Part shown: piece after piece, positions 47,977 to 57,960 of the stretch
How positions within the stretch are numbered: the stretch's first letter is position 1
Layout of the letters: each line of letters opens with the position of its first letter
Source of the DNA: an uncultured Paraprevotella sp.
Lineage (GTDB): Bacteria > Bacteroidota > Bacteroidia > Bacteroidales > Bacteroidaceae
Direction: 5' to 3'
DNA length: 64,000 bases
NCBI GenBank assembly: GCA_944319925.1
Contig: CALUFQ010000009.1
Span: 1,540 to 65,539 of the forward strand
Translations under genes and position numbers: made by a program
Notes under the pieces: model-generated
Seen by the model: the letters and a program-made list of their open reading frames with translations, nothing else
Databases searched by the model: none
What the model was told of the DNA's origin: nothing

Positions 47977-49437
47977 ATGGAGCCGATAGTGAAGATAGAA
48001 GATGTGTCGAAACGGTACGGACGGGTGCAAGCCCTTTCCGGCGTGTCGCTGGAGGTGGGGCGGGGAGAAATTTTCGGCCTCATAGGCCCGGACGGGGCGG
48101 GGAAGACCACGCTGTTCCGCATGATGGCCACCTTGCTTCTGCCCGAGGAAGGACGCATCACGGTGGACGGGCTGGACGTGGCGGCAGACTATCGTGCCTT
48201 GCGCGCCCGTCTAGGCTACATGCCCGGGCGTTTCTCGCTGTATCCCGACCTGACGGTGGAAGAGAACCTGACGTTTTTTGCCACGCTGTTCGGCACCACG
48301 GTGCGCGAGAATTATCACTTGGTAGAAGGCATCTACCGGCAAATCGAGCCGTTCCGCAAACGCCGTGCCGGGCATCTCTCGGGCGGGATGAAGCAGAAGC
48401 TGGCCTTGAGCTGCGCCTTGATTCACAAACCGGTGGTGTTGTTGCTCGATGAGCCGACCACGGGGGTCGATCCCGTGTCGCGCAAGGAGTTTTGGAGCAT
48501 GCTGCGCAGCCTCAGGGACGAGGGCATCACGATAATTGTTTCTACGCCTTATCCCGATGAAATCAGGGCCACCGACCGCATGGCTTTCCTTTATGAAGGC
48601 CAAGTGAAGGGAGTCGGCACCCCGGAGGAGATGCTCGGGCGTTTTGCCGACATCCTGTGTCCGCCGGGGCTGGCGCGCGAACCGGCAGATGCGGGGGGCG
48701 AGTATGTCATAGAGGTGAAGGACTTGGTGAAACGTTTCGGCACGTTTACGGCAGTGGACCACATTTCTTTCCGTGTGGCCAAGGGGGAAATCTTCGGTTT
48801 CCTCGGGGCGAACGGGGCGGGGAAGACCACGGCCATGCGCATACTGTGCGGCTTGTCCTATCCCACGTCGGGCGAGGGGCGCGTGGCCGGTTTCGACATC
48901 CGTACGCAGCAGGAGCAAATCAAGCGCCACATCGGCTACATGAGCCAGCGTTTCTCGTTGTACGATGACTTGACGGTGAGGGAAAACATCCGCCTGTTCG
49001 CAGGCATTTACGGCATGGCGGACGACGTGATAGCCGCCCGCACGGAGGAAGTGCTCCGCACATTGGGGCTGGAGGCCGAGCGTGACAAGCTGGTGGGGGC
49101 ACTGCCCTTGGGATGGAAACAGCGGCTGGCCTTTTCCGTGGCCACGTTCCATCGCCCGGACATCGTATTCCTCGACGAGCCGACAGGCGGGGTGGACCCC
49201 GGGACGCGGCGGCAATTCTGGAAACTGATTTACCGCGCCGCAGACGAGGGCATCACCGTTTTCGTCACGACCCACTACATGGACGAGGCCGAGTTTTGCA
49301 GCCGGGTCTCCATCATGGTGGACGGGCGCATCCGGGCGTTGGACACGCCCGAGGGACTGAAACGGACGTTCGGGGAGAAGGACATGGACGGGGTGTTCCA
49401 TCGGCTGGCGCGCGAGGCCACACGTAATGGAGAATGA
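47977..49437 (+). CDS. ABC transporter ATP-binding protein with two fused NBDs (YbhF-like)
   Basis: Two Walker A motifs (GPDGAGKTT, GANGAGKTT), two signature motifs (LSGGMKQKL, LPLGWKQRL) and two Walker B motifs. Confidence 0.92.
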   Translation: MEPIVKIEDVSKRYGRVQALSGVSLEVGRGEIFGLIGPDGAGKTTLFRMMATLLLPEEGRITVDGLDVAADYRALRARLGYMPGRFSLYPDLTVEENLTFFATLFGTTVRENYHLVEGIYRQIEPFRKRRAGHLSGGMKQKLALSCALIHKPVVLLLDEPTTGVDPVSRKEFWSMLRSLRDEGITIIVSTPYPDEIRATDRMAFLYEGQVKGVGTPEEMLGRFADILCPPGLAREPADAGGEYVIEVKDLVKRFGTFTAVDHISFRVAKGEIFGFLGANGAGKTTAMRILCGLSYPTSGEGRVAGFDIRTQQEQIKRHIGYMSQRFSLYDDLTVRENIRLFAGIYGMADDVIAARTEEVLRTLGLEAERDKLVGALPLGWKQRLAFSVATFHRPDIVFLDEPTGGVDPGTRRQFWKLIYRAADEGITVFVTTHYMDEAEFCSRVSIMVDGRIRALDTPEGLKRTFGEKDMDGVFHRLAREATRNGE

Positions 49438-49440
49438 ACG

Positions 49441-50529
49441 ATGAAGGAGTTTTGGGCTTTTGTCAAGATAGAGTTTTTCCACATCTTCCGCGACCGGCGG
49501 ACGATGCTGATCCTGTTGGGCATGCCGGTGCTGCAGATTATGCTGTTCGGTTTTGCCATCACCACGGAAATCAACCACAGCCGCGTGGCCGTGCTCGACC
49601 CGTCGAGGGATGCCGTGACCACGCGCATCACGCAACGGATTGACGGGAACCGTTATTTTTCCGTGGTGAAGCGATTGGATGCTTCGTCCGGCATAGAGAC
49701 CGTGTTCCGCCGCGACGAGGCGGATGTCGTGGTGGCTTTCACGCCCCATTTCGATGAGAACCTGCAGACGGGCGAGGCGGGCATCCAACTGGTAGTGGAT
49801 GCCACAGACCCGAACACGGCGAGCATGACTTCCGGCTACGTGCAGGGCATCATCGGGCAGGCCTTGCAGGAGGGGCGCACGCCGGCGGTGGACATACAGA
49901 CGCACTTGTTGTTCAATCCCCAGATGAAGAGTGCCTACAATTTCGTGCCCGGCGTGATGGGGCTGATATTGATGTTGATTTGTGCCATGATGACGGCCAT
50001 CTCCATCGTGCGCGAGAAAGAGACGGGCACGATGGAAGTGCTGCTCGTGTCGCCCATCCGCCCCATTTTCATCATCTTGGCCAAGGCTGTGCCCTATTTC
50101 GCGTTGTCGTGCGTCAACCTGGCCACGATATTGCTGCTTTCGGTCTATGTGCTCCATGTGCCGGTCGCGGGCAGCCTGTGGGTCCTTTCGTTGTTAAGCT
50201 TGCTGTTGATTGTGGTAGCCTTGTCGCTGGGTTTGCTCATCTCATGCGTGGTGCGGAACCAGGTGGCGGCCATGATTGTGTCGGGCATCGGGCTGATGAT
50301 GCCGGTGATGTTGCTCTCCGGCATGATATTTCCGGTGGAGAGCATGCCCGTGGTGTTGCAGTGGATTTCGGACATCATCCCCGCGCGGTGGTACATCCAG
50401 GCCGTCAGGAAAGTCATGATCGAAGGCTTGGGCTTGGTTGCCGTGTGGCGCGAGGCTCTGATTTTGGCCGGAATGGCGGCTTTGCTCATCGGGCTGAGCC
50501 TGAAAAGTTTCAAGGAACGTTTGGAATAG
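49441..50529 (+). CDS. ABC-2 type transporter permease
   Basis: 362 aa, N-terminal TM plus periplasmic domain plus 5 TM. YbhS/YbhR-like. Confidence 0.88.
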   Translation: MKEFWAFVKIEFFHIFRDRRTMLILLGMPVLQIMLFGFAITTEINHSRVAVLDPSRDAVTTRITQRIDGNRYFSVVKRLDASSGIETVFRRDEADVVVAFTPHFDENLQTGEAGIQLVVDATDPNTASMTSGYVQGIIGQALQEGRTPAVDIQTHLLFNPQMKSAYNFVPGVMGLILMLICAMMTAISIVREKETGTMEVLLVSPIRPIFIILAKAVPYFALSCVNLATILLLSVYVLHVPVAGSLWVLSLLSLLLIVVALSLGLLISCVVRNQVAAMIVSGIGLMMPVMLLSGMIFPVESMPVVLQWISDIIPARWYIQAVRKVMIEGLGLVAVWREALILAGMAALLIGLSLKSFKERLE

Positions 50530-50542
50530 AGGAGGAGAGGCG

Positions 50543-51625
50543 ATGGTATTGAAATACATCATTGAAAAAGAGTTCAGGCAGATGCGGCGGAATCCCATCA
50601 TTCCCCGGCTCATCCTGGCGTTTCCCTGCATGATGATGATTCTCATGCCTTGGGCGGCGAATTTGGAAATCAAGTACAACAACTTGGCCGTGGTGGATCT
50701 GGACCATTCCATGTCTTCGCGCCGGCTGGTGGAGAAGGTCGCTTCGACGGATTATTTCAACCTGGTGGAGAATGCGCCCGACTATGGCCATGCCCTGGAG
50801 AGCGTGGAAAAGGGAGAGGCCGACATCATTTTGGAGATTCCGGAACATTTTGAAAAAGACTTGGCCACGGGGCAGCCCGTGCGGGTGCAAGTCTCGGCCA
50901 ACGCCGTCAACGGGACGAAAGGCGGGCTGGGGAGCTCCTATCTCACAGCGGTGGTCAATGATTTTGTCTTGCGGGGACAGAGCGGGCAGGTGAGGATGTC
51001 CGTGCTCAACCTCTACAACCCGCATCTGGACTATAAGAAATTCATGGTGCCGGCTTTGCTGATTATCCTGTTGACGCTGATTTGCGGTTTCCTTCCCGCG
51101 CTGAACATCGTGGGCGAGAAAGAGACCGGCACGATTGAGCAACTTAACGTGACGCCCCTGGGCAAGTCGGTGTTCATCCTCGGCAAGCTGGTTCCTTATT
51201 GGTTGGTCGGCCTTGTGGTGCTCACCATCGGCATGGCTTTGGCCGCCTTGCTCTATGGCATCGTGCCGGTGGGGAGCTTCGGGTTGATTTACTTTTTCGC
51301 TTGTGTGTTCATCCTCACGATTTCCGGTTTCGGGCTGATTATCTCCAACTATTCGGCCACGATGCAGCAGGCCATGTTCGTCATGTTTTTCTTCCTCATG
51401 GTGTTCATCCTCATGAGCGGGTTGTTCACGCCGGTGCGCAGCATGCCCCAGTGGGCGCAATGGATAGCCGCTTTCAACCCGTTGACTTATTTCATCCAGG
51501 TGATGCGCATGCTCTTCCTGAAAGGTTGCAGCCTGTCCGACTTGTGGCCGCAGCTGGGCAAAATGTTGGGATTCATGGCCGTGTTCGCCGTGGCTGCCGT
51601 GTGGAGCTACCGCAAGACGGCATAG
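50543..51625 (+). CDS. ABC-2 type transporter permease
   Basis: 360 aa, paralogous to the previous gene. Confidence 0.88.
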   Translation: MVLKYIIEKEFRQMRRNPIIPRLILAFPCMMMILMPWAANLEIKYNNLAVVDLDHSMSSRRLVEKVASTDYFNLVENAPDYGHALESVEKGEADIILEIPEHFEKDLATGQPVRVQVSANAVNGTKGGLGSSYLTAVVNDFVLRGQSGQVRMSVLNLYNPHLDYKKFMVPALLIILLTLICGFLPALNIVGEKETGTIEQLNVTPLGKSVFILGKLVPYWLVGLVVLTIGMALAALLYGIVPVGSFGLIYFFACVFILTISGFGLIISNYSATMQQAMFVMFFFLMVFILMSGLFTPVRSMPQWAQWIAAFNPLTYFIQVMRMLFLKGCSLSDLWPQLGKMLGFMAVFAVAAVWSYRKTA

Positions 51626-51951
51626 TAATGCCGGATGCCCGTCAGAGGGGCGGCGGGGCAGCCAATGCGTTCGCATGGCATCGGATTTACCGGTGTGAAA
51701 GTTTCAGGCTTTGAAACTGGATGTTCCAAGCTCTGAAATTTTGGGCGGTAGGCAGGCTTGGGTGGTTTGCAGGAATTTAATAGGAAGTCTTTTGGGTGGA
51801 GAATATCGTCATTGGCGATATTTTGGAACAGCCCGCATTCTTGGGGATTTAACACTATCTGGAAAAACGAATTGAGGGAATTGCGTGAAACAGAGTTCTG
51901 TTTTTACAAACTTCTGAATGTCGGCAGTCAAAGCCGGCAGGAATGAACTGT

Positions 51952-51988
51952 CCCGCCTTCCCTGCAAGGCGGAGGAGTTTTTTCTCCG
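51952..51988 (+). repeat. Module C copy
   Basis: CCCGCCTTCCCTGCAAGGCGGAGGAGTTTTTTCTCCG. Confidence 0.65.
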
Positions 51989-52045
51989 CACGGGCAAGTG
52001 ACGGGAAGCAGGGCATTTGATTACAAACAAATCTTCGTCAGTTGT

Positions 52046-52071
52046 TAAATCCCCAAGATTAGGAACAGTTC
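52046..52071 (-). repeat. Module D copy, inverted
   Basis: The reverse complement is GAACTGTTCCTAATCTTGGGGATTTA. It starts 5 nt after the fmt stop codon. Confidence 0.85.
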
Positions 52072-52076
52072 CGATA

Positions 52077-53048
52077 TTACCGCATCAGGCCATCCGGCAT
52101 GCGGAATCCATGGAGGAAGTCTTCCGTGCGCATGCGCTTCTTGCCGGCAATTTGAAGCTCCGTGAGGTGCAGGTAGCCACCGTCCACGGCTACTTTCAGG
52201 TAGGTGCGCCCGTCACTGAGAATGGTGCCCGTCGGTTCTTTTGGAGTACCCGCCTCTTTTTCCGAGGCAAAAATTTTAAGTGAGTAAACTTTGCCCGAGG
52301 CATCCTGCATTTCCGTCCAGGCGGCGGGATAAGGCGAGAGGCCGCGCACGAAGTCGTGGAGTTGCTTGAGCGTTTTCCCCTGCCAGTCTATCCGGCAGGT
52401 TTCCTTGAAAATCTTGGGGGCGGCTTTCAGTGCGCCGCAGTCCGGCATCTCTTCCTGCGGGACGGGATGCACGTCGCCTGCCAAAATCCTGTCCACGGTG
52501 TCCACCACCAATTGTCCGCCTACTTCCATCAGTTTGTCGTGTACGATGCCCACGTTGTCCGTGTCGGCGATGGGGACGCGCACTTGCCGGATGACAGCTC
52601 CCGTGTCGATTTCGTGGCGCAGGAAAAACGTCGTCACTCCCGTTTCCGTCTCACCGTTGATGACGGCCCAATTGATGGGGGCCGCGCCGCGATATTGCGG
52701 GAGCAGCGAGGCATGGAGGTTGAACGTGCCGAGCGGCGGCATGGCCCACACCACCTCGGGCAACATGCGGAACGCCACCACGATTTGCAGGTCGGCCCGC
52801 AGGGTGCGCAGTTGCTCCAAGAAGGTCGGGTCTTTCAGCTTTTCCGGTTGCAGGACGGGCAGCCCGTGCGCCACGGCATATTGTTTCACCGCGCTGGCCT
52901 GCAACGTGTCCTGATGGCGGCCGACGGGCTTGTCGGGCATTGTGATGACGCCTACCACATTATAACCACCTTCGACAAGGCGGCGCAGGCTCTCCACGGC
53001 AAATTCGGGAGTGCCCATATATACGATTCTCAAATCTTCTTTCTTCAT
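52077..53048 (-). CDS. fmt: Methionyl-tRNA formyltransferase
   Basis: Contains LRIVYMGTPEFAV...NLHASLLPQYRGAAPINWAVINGE. Confidence 0.95.
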   Translation of the reverse strand: MKKEDLRIVYMGTPEFAVESLRRLVEGGYNVVGVITMPDKPVGRHQDTLQASAVKQYAVAHGLPVLQPEKLKDPTFLEQLRTLRADLQIVVAFRMLPEVVWAMPPLGTFNLHASLLPQYRGAAPINWAVINGETETGVTTFFLRHEIDTGAVIRQVRVPIADTDNVGIVHDKLMEVGGQLVVDTVDRILAGDVHPVPQEEMPDCGALKAAPKIFKETCRIDWQGKTLKQLHDFVRGLSPYPAAWTEMQDASGKVYSLKIFASEKEAGTPKEPTGTILSDGRTYLKVAVDGGYLHLTELQIAGKKRMRTEDFLHGFRMPDGLMR

Positions 53049-53055
53049 GCTATTC

Positions 53056-53076
53056 TATACCTATTATATATATAAG
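53056..53076 (+). repeat. AT-only 21-mer TATACcTATTATATATATAAG (copy 2)
   Basis: Matches 2116-2136 at 20 of 21 positions. Lies between the ClC stop and the fmt start. Confidence 0.8.
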
Positions 53077-53082
53077 GGAGTT

Positions 53083-54882
53083 TTAGTCGTTGGAGAGGTC
53101 GGCCACCATCTTGCGGTAGAGCGTGAGCACGTGCGACTTGCGGACGAATCCCATGAAGATGCCGTCCATGTCCACCACGGGAAGAATCCATGCCCCCGTC
53201 TTGTCGAAGGTGAGCAACACCACGTCCATCGAGTCATCGATGTTCAGCCGGGCCACCGGTTCGCTCATCAGCTGGCCGATTTGGAAACGGTGGTAGAGTT
53301 CTTGGCGGAACATGACCGGGCGCACGTTGTCCAGATACACGATGCCCACAAGCCGGTGCTGGCGGTCCACCACCGGGAACACGTCGCGCCGTGACCCGGA
53401 GATGCTCTTCACCAGTTCGCTCAAGTCCATGTCCGGATAGAGATATTCGTCGTATTTCTCTATGACGGAGTCCAAGCTCATCAGCGTGATGACGGAACGG
53501 TCTTTGTGGTGTGTGAGCAACTGCCCTTTCTTGGCCAGACGCATGGAATAGATGCTGTGCGGCTCAAAGGAAATGATGGTCAGGTAGGCGCAGACGGACA
53601 CGATCATCAGTGGCATGAACAGCTGGTAGCCGCCCGTGAGTTCGGCTATGAGGAAGATGCCCGTCAGCGGGGCGTGCATCACGCCGCTCATCAGTCCCGC
53701 CATGCCGATCATGGCAAAGTTGCGCTCGGGCAAGTGGATGCCCAAGCACTGGTTGATGTTCCACAGGCGGGCGAAGATGAAGCCGGAAATGCAGCCCAGG
53801 AAAAGGCTGGGCGCGAAGATCCCGCCGCAGCCCCCGCCGCCGTTGGTGGCCGTTGAGGCGAACACCTTGAAGATGAGCACCAGCGCGAGGTAGAGCAGGA
53901 GCAGGTTGCCGTGTCCGTAGAAGAGGGAGCTGTCCATCGCTGTGTCCCAGTCTTCCGGGCCTCGCCCGTTGAGCAACAGTTCTATGAGTTCGTAGCCTTC
54001 GCCGTAGAGCGAGGGGAACAGGTAAATCAATATGCTCAGCGTCGCGCCGCCGATGAGCAGCTTGATGTAAGGATTGGAGTATTTCCGGTAGATGTCTTCA
54101 AGAGAGTTCATCGTGCGGGTGAAGTAGAGCGAGACCAAGCCGCAGAAGATGCCCAGCAGGATGTAGGCCGGGATTTTCTCTACGGCGAAAGCGTCTTGCA
54201 GGTGGAACTCGAAAATTGTGTTCGTGCCCGAGATTGCGAAGGTCACCCCGGCTGCCGTCACGCAGGAGATGAGCAACGGGAGCAGGGCACCCATCGTGAG
54301 GTCTATCATGAGCACTTCGAGCGTGAACACAAGCCCGGCTATCGGGGCCTTGAAGATGCCGGCCACCGCGCCGGCCGCCCCGCATCCCACAAGAAGCATG
54401 AGCGTCTTGCTGTTCATGCGGAAAAGCCGTCCCAGGTTGGAGCCGATGGCCGAGCCGGTGAGCACGATGGGCGCCTCGGCACCCACCGAACCGCCAAAGC
54501 CGATGGTGATGGCACTGGCAATGACGCTCGACCACGTGTTGTGCGCCTTGATTTTGCTCTGCTTGCGGGCGATGGCGAAGAGAATCTTCGTCACGCCGTG
54601 GCTGATGTCGTCCTTTACCACGTAGCGCACGAAAAGCCCCGTCAGGAAAATGCCGATGACGGGATAGACGAGATAGAGGGGGTTGGAGTCGGTGACATCG
54701 AAACGGTAGGTGAGCACGTATTGGATTTGCGCGATGAGCCATTTGAGGAAAAGTCCGGCAAAGGCGGTCAGGATACCGACGAAGAAACTGATGGCCAGGA
54801 TGAACTTCTGTTCGCTGAAGTTCATCCGCCGCCAGATGAAGAGGCGTTCGAAGAAGGTGAATTTCCTTTTTATCGTGTGCAT
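53083..54882 (-). CDS. ClC family chloride channel protein with C-terminal CBS pair
   Basis: Contains GGSVGAEAPIV, GIFAPSLFLG and GVMHAPLTGIFLIAELTG, plus CBS domains. Confidence 0.9.
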   Translation of the reverse strand: MHTIKRKFTFFERLFIWRRMNFSEQKFILAISFFVGILTAFAGLFLKWLIAQIQYVLTYRFDVTDSNPLYLVYPVIGIFLTGLFVRYVVKDDISHGVTKILFAIARKQSKIKAHNTWSSVIASAITIGFGGSVGAEAPIVLTGSAIGSNLGRLFRMNSKTLMLLVGCGAAGAVAGIFKAPIAGLVFTLEVLMIDLTMGALLPLLISCVTAAGVTFAISGTNTIFEFHLQDAFAVEKIPAYILLGIFCGLVSLYFTRTMNSLEDIYRKYSNPYIKLLIGGATLSILIYLFPSLYGEGYELIELLLNGRGPEDWDTAMDSSLFYGHGNLLLLYLALVLIFKVFASTATNGGGGCGGIFAPSLFLGCISGFIFARLWNINQCLGIHLPERNFAMIGMAGLMSGVMHAPLTGIFLIAELTGGYQLFMPLMIVSVCAYLTIISFEPHSIYSMRLAKKGQLLTHHKDRSVITLMSLDSVIEKYDEYLYPDMDLSELVKSISGSRRDVFPVVDRQHRLVGIVYLDNVRPVMFRQELYHRFQIGQLMSEPVARLNIDDSMDVVLLTFDKTGAWILPVVDMDGIFMGFVRKSHVLTLYRKMVADLSND

Positions 54883-54891
54883 GCCAGCCTC

Positions 54892-55461
54892 TTATTTCCT
54901 GATGATGGTCACTTCGCCGTCGCGTCCCAGCTTGATGATGCTGCTCGGGGCGGCCTTGGCCTTTTCCCGCTGGCGGCTCTGCACCACGTAGTCCACCGCT
55001 TGCTTGATTTCGTCGCTGATGTCGGCAAAGCATGCCGGCGACGGCTCGCCGCTCACGTTGGCCGAGGTTGAGACGATGGCTTTCTGGAAACGGTAGCACA
55101 GTTGGCGGCTGAATTCCTCGCGGGTGACGCGGATGCCTACGCTGCCGTCTTCGGCAAGCAGGTTGGGCGCCAGGTTGCGCGCGCCGTCCAGGATGAGGGT
55201 GAGCGGGCGTTCGGACAGTTCCACGAGATCCCACGCCACGGCGGGCACGTCGCCCACGTAGCGTTGCATGCGGTCGGCCGAATCAACCAGGCAGATGAGT
55301 GCCTTGCTGTCGTCGCGCCGCTTGATGTCATATACGCGCCGCACGGCTTCTTCGTTGGTGGCATCGCATCCGATGCCCCATATCGTGTCGGTGGGATAGA
55401 GGATGATGCCGCCGCGCCGCATGACCTCCACGGCATGTTTGATGTCTTCTTCCATATTCAT
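54892..55461 (-). CDS. tsaC: L-threonylcarbamoyladenylate synthase (YrdC/TsaC type)
   Basis: Contains GGIILYPTDTIWGIGCDATNEEAV...VSTSANVSGEP. Confidence 0.85.
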   Translation of the reverse strand: MNMEEDIKHAVEVMRRGGIILYPTDTIWGIGCDATNEEAVRRVYDIKRRDDSKALICLVDSADRMQRYVGDVPAVAWDLVELSERPLTLILDGARNLAPNLLAEDGSVGIRVTREEFSRQLCYRFQKAIVSTSANVSGEPSPACFADISDEIKQAVDYVVQSRQREKAKAAPSSIIKLGRDGEVTIIRK

Positions 55462-55488
55462 AATGCAGTCCTCCTACGATTTTTGCAC

Positions 55489-57054
55489 TTAAAACTCGCT
55501 GGTGAAGTGGAACTTGATGTGTTCGAAGTCGTGTTGCGCCATTTGGAGCACGTAGTTGCTGTCGGCCAGGAACACGTCGCGCCCTTCGCGGTCGTGGGCC
55601 ATGTACTGGAACTTGCGTTTCTTGAAAGCTTCCAATTGGGCCGCATCGTCGCTCTCAATCCAGCATGCCTTGTAGAGGCTGAGGGGTTCCCAGCGACATT
55701 TGGCGTTGTATTCGTTTTCCAACCGGTACTGGATGACTTCAAACTGCAGCTGACCCACCGTGCCGATGATTTTCCGTCCGTTGAACTGGTTGACGAACAG
55801 TTGTGCCACACCTTCGTCCATGAGCTGTTCGATGCCTTTGTTGAGTTGTTTGGTCTTCATCGGGTCGGCGTTCTCGATGTACTTGAACATCTCGGGTGAG
55901 AAGCTGGGCAGGCCGCGGAAGTGGAGTTGTTCGCCCTCTGTGAGCGTGTCGCCGATTTTGAAGATGCCGTTGTCGGGCAGTCCCACGATGTCGCCCGGCC
56001 AGGCTTCGTCGATGGTGCTCTTCCGCTGTGCCATGAATTGGGTGGGAGAGGAGAAACGCACGGTTTTGCCCTGCCGTACATGAAGGTAAGGTGCGTTGCG
56101 CGTGAATTTTCCGGAACACACCTTGCAGAAGGCGATGCACGAACGGTGGTTGGGGTCTATGTTGGCCGTGATTTTGAAGATGAATCCCGTGAACTTGGGC
56201 TCTTCCGGCTTCACGATTCGTTCCTCGGCCTGCGTGGGGCGCGGGCTGGGCGCGATTTTGACGAAGCAGTCCAGCAGTTCCTTCACGCCGAAATTGTTCA
56301 GTGCGGAGCCGAAGAACACCGGCGCGGTGTCGGCCTCAAGATAGGCTTGCGCGTCGAATTCCGGATATACTCCTTCGATGAGTTCGAGGTCGGCCCTCAG
56401 CTTTTCCGCGTCGGCTTCGCCCACGTGGGCTTCCAGCTCGTCGCTGTGGATATCGACCTCCACTTTTTCCGTCACCTTTTGCTTGTCGGGAGTGAAGAGG
56501 TCGAGCCGTTGCTCGTAGATGTTATACACGCCCTTGAAGCGTTGTCCCTGGTTGATGGGCCAGGAGAGGGGGCGCACCTTGATTTGCAGTTCTTGTTCCA
56601 GCTCGTCGAGCAGGTCGAAGGGATCTTTGCCTTCGCGGTCCATCTTGTTGACGAACACGATGACGGGAGTCTTACGCATGCGGCACACGGCCATGAGTTT
56701 CCGGGTCTGCGCCTCCACGCCTTTCGCACCGTCCACCACGATGATGGCACTATCAACGGCCGTAAGTGTGCGGAACGTGTCTTCGGCAAAGTCCTGGTGG
56801 CCCGGTGTGTCGAGGATGTTCACTTTGTAGCCTTCATAGTCGAACTCCATGACGGATGTGGTCACCGAGATGCCGCGTTGTTTCTCGATTTCCATCCAGT
56901 CGCTGGTGGCCGTCTTCTTGATTTTGTTGCTTTTTACGGCCCCGGCCACCTGGATTTGGCCGCCGAAAAGCAGGAACTTCTCGGTCAGGGTCGTCTTGCC
57001 CGCGTCGGGGTGCGAGATGATGGCGAATGTCCTTCTTCTTTCTATTTCGTCCAT
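55489..57054 (-). CDS. prfC: Peptide chain release factor 3
   Basis: Contains [20 protein letters not shown]...[11 protein letters not shown]...NKMDR. Confidence 0.96.
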   Translation of the reverse strand: MDEIERRRTFAIISHPDAGKTTLTEKFLLFGGQIQVAGAVKSNKIKKTATSDWMEIEKQRGISVTTSVMEFDYEGYKVNILDTPGHQDFAEDTFRTLTAVDSAIIVVDGAKGVEAQTRKLMAVCRMRKTPVIVFVNKMDREGKDPFDLLDELEQELQIKVRPLSWPINQGQRFKGVYNIYEQRLDLFTPDKQKVTEKVEVDIHSDELEAHVGEADAEKLRADLELIEGVYPEFDAQAYLEADTAPVFFGSALNNFGVKELLDCFVKIAPSPRPTQAEERIVKPEEPKFTGFIFKITANIDPNHRSCIAFCKVCSGKFTRNAPYLHVRQGKTVRFSSPTQFMAQRKSTIDEAWPGDIVGLPDNGIFKIGDTLTEGEQLHFRGLPSFSPEMFKYIENADPMKTKQLNKGIEQLMDEGVAQLFVNQFNGRKIIGTVGQLQFEVIQYRLENEYNAKCRWEPLSLYKACWIESDDAAQLEAFKKRKFQYMAHDREGRDVFLADSNYVLQMAQHDFEHIKFHFTSEF

Positions 57055-57078
57055 AAGAGATGTTTGTCGTGCGGAAGT

Positions 57079-57939
57079 TCAGGCTTGTTCTAACAGGCGG
57101 ACGCAGTCGGCCAGCGATTCTTCCCAATAGGGGATTTCAATGTGGTAGGTCTCCTTGATTTTCGTCTTGTCGAGCACCGAATAGTGGGGGCGTGCCGCCG
57201 GGGTGGGGTACTCTTCCGTGTGCAGGGGGCGCACCCGGCAGGTGGTGATGCCTGCGATGCGGTGGATGGCTTTCGTGAAGTCGTACCACGAGATGGCTCC
57301 CTCGTTGGAGAAATGGTAAATTCCCGGCACGATGCCTTGCGACAGGATGGCGAAGATGGCCGTGGCCAAGTCGCGGGCATAAGTGGGTGTGCCGATTTGG
57401 TCGAAAATCACGCCGAGCTGCTCTTTTTCGCGCCCCAGCCGCAGCATGGTTTTTACGAAATTGTTTCCGAACGTGGAATAGAGCCATGCCGTGCGCACGA
57501 TGGCCGTGCGGGGACATTCTTCCATGACGGCTTTTTCGCCGGCCAACTTGGTGCGGCCATACGCGGTGGCGGGGCAAGTCGCGGCATCTTCACGGTAAGG
57601 GATATGTGCCGTGCCGTCGAACACGTAGTCGGTGGAGACGTGCACCATGCAGCCGTTCCGCCGGTTGACGGCACGGGCCAGGTAGCCGGGTGCCACGTGG
57701 TTGAGCATGTCCGCGCGGGCTTCGTCGGCTTCGGCCTTGTCCACGGCGGTATAGGCCGCGCAGTTGACCACGCAATCAATGAGGTTGTCATGGATAAAAC
57801 TCGTCACGGCCTGTTCGTCCGTGATGTCCAGTTCTTTCACGTCGGTGAAAAAGAAGTTGAATTCCGGATGAGCCTTGGCTTGGAGTTGCATCTCGTTGCC
57901 CAATTGTCCGTTGCATCCGGTGATAAGGATATTCTTCAT
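57079..57939 (-). CDS. rfbD: dTDP-4-dehydrorhamnose reductase
   Basis: Contains MKNILITGCNGQLG...NCAAYTAVDKAE...STDYVFDG. Start taken at the internal Met rather than 57960. Confidence 0.9.
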   Translation of the reverse strand: MKNILITGCNGQLGNEMQLQAKAHPEFNFFFTDVKELDITDEQAVTSFIHDNLIDCVVNCAAYTAVDKAEADEARADMLNHVAPGYLARAVNRRNGCMVHVSTDYVFDGTAHIPYREDAATCPATAYGRTKLAGEKAVMEECPRTAIVRTAWLYSTFGNNFVKTMLRLGREKEQLGVIFDQIGTPTYARDLATAIFAILSQGIVPGIYHFSNEGAISWYDFTKAIHRIAGITTCRVRPLHTEEYPTPAARPHYSVLDKTKIKETYHIEIPYWEESLADCVRLLEQA

Positions 57940-57960
57940 GTACCGTATGTTTTTATTCAT

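Larger units (their letters stand above)
51826..52071. mobile_element. MITE-like element bounded by inverted module D ends (no transposase)
   Basis: Left end GGAACAGCCCGCATTCTTGGGGATTTAACA (51826-51854). Right end is the inverted GAACTGTTCCTAATCTTGGGGATTTAACA. The interior carries a module C copy. Confidence 0.35.

Noticed and set aside
48211-51676. Long minus-strand ORFs (48211-50157, 648 aa; 50510-51676, 388 aa) lie antisense to the ABC ATPase and permease genes.
   Set aside because: They are shadow ORFs opposite well-supported transporter genes. Their composition is dominated by H, R, G and P, and no domain is recognisable.
51886-51906. A weak AAACAG-AGTT-CTGTTT hairpin as the terminator of the efflux operon.
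   Set aside because: The stem has only 6 AT-rich base pairs, lies 260 nt after the last stop and sits inside the MITE-like element. This is too weak to call as a feature.
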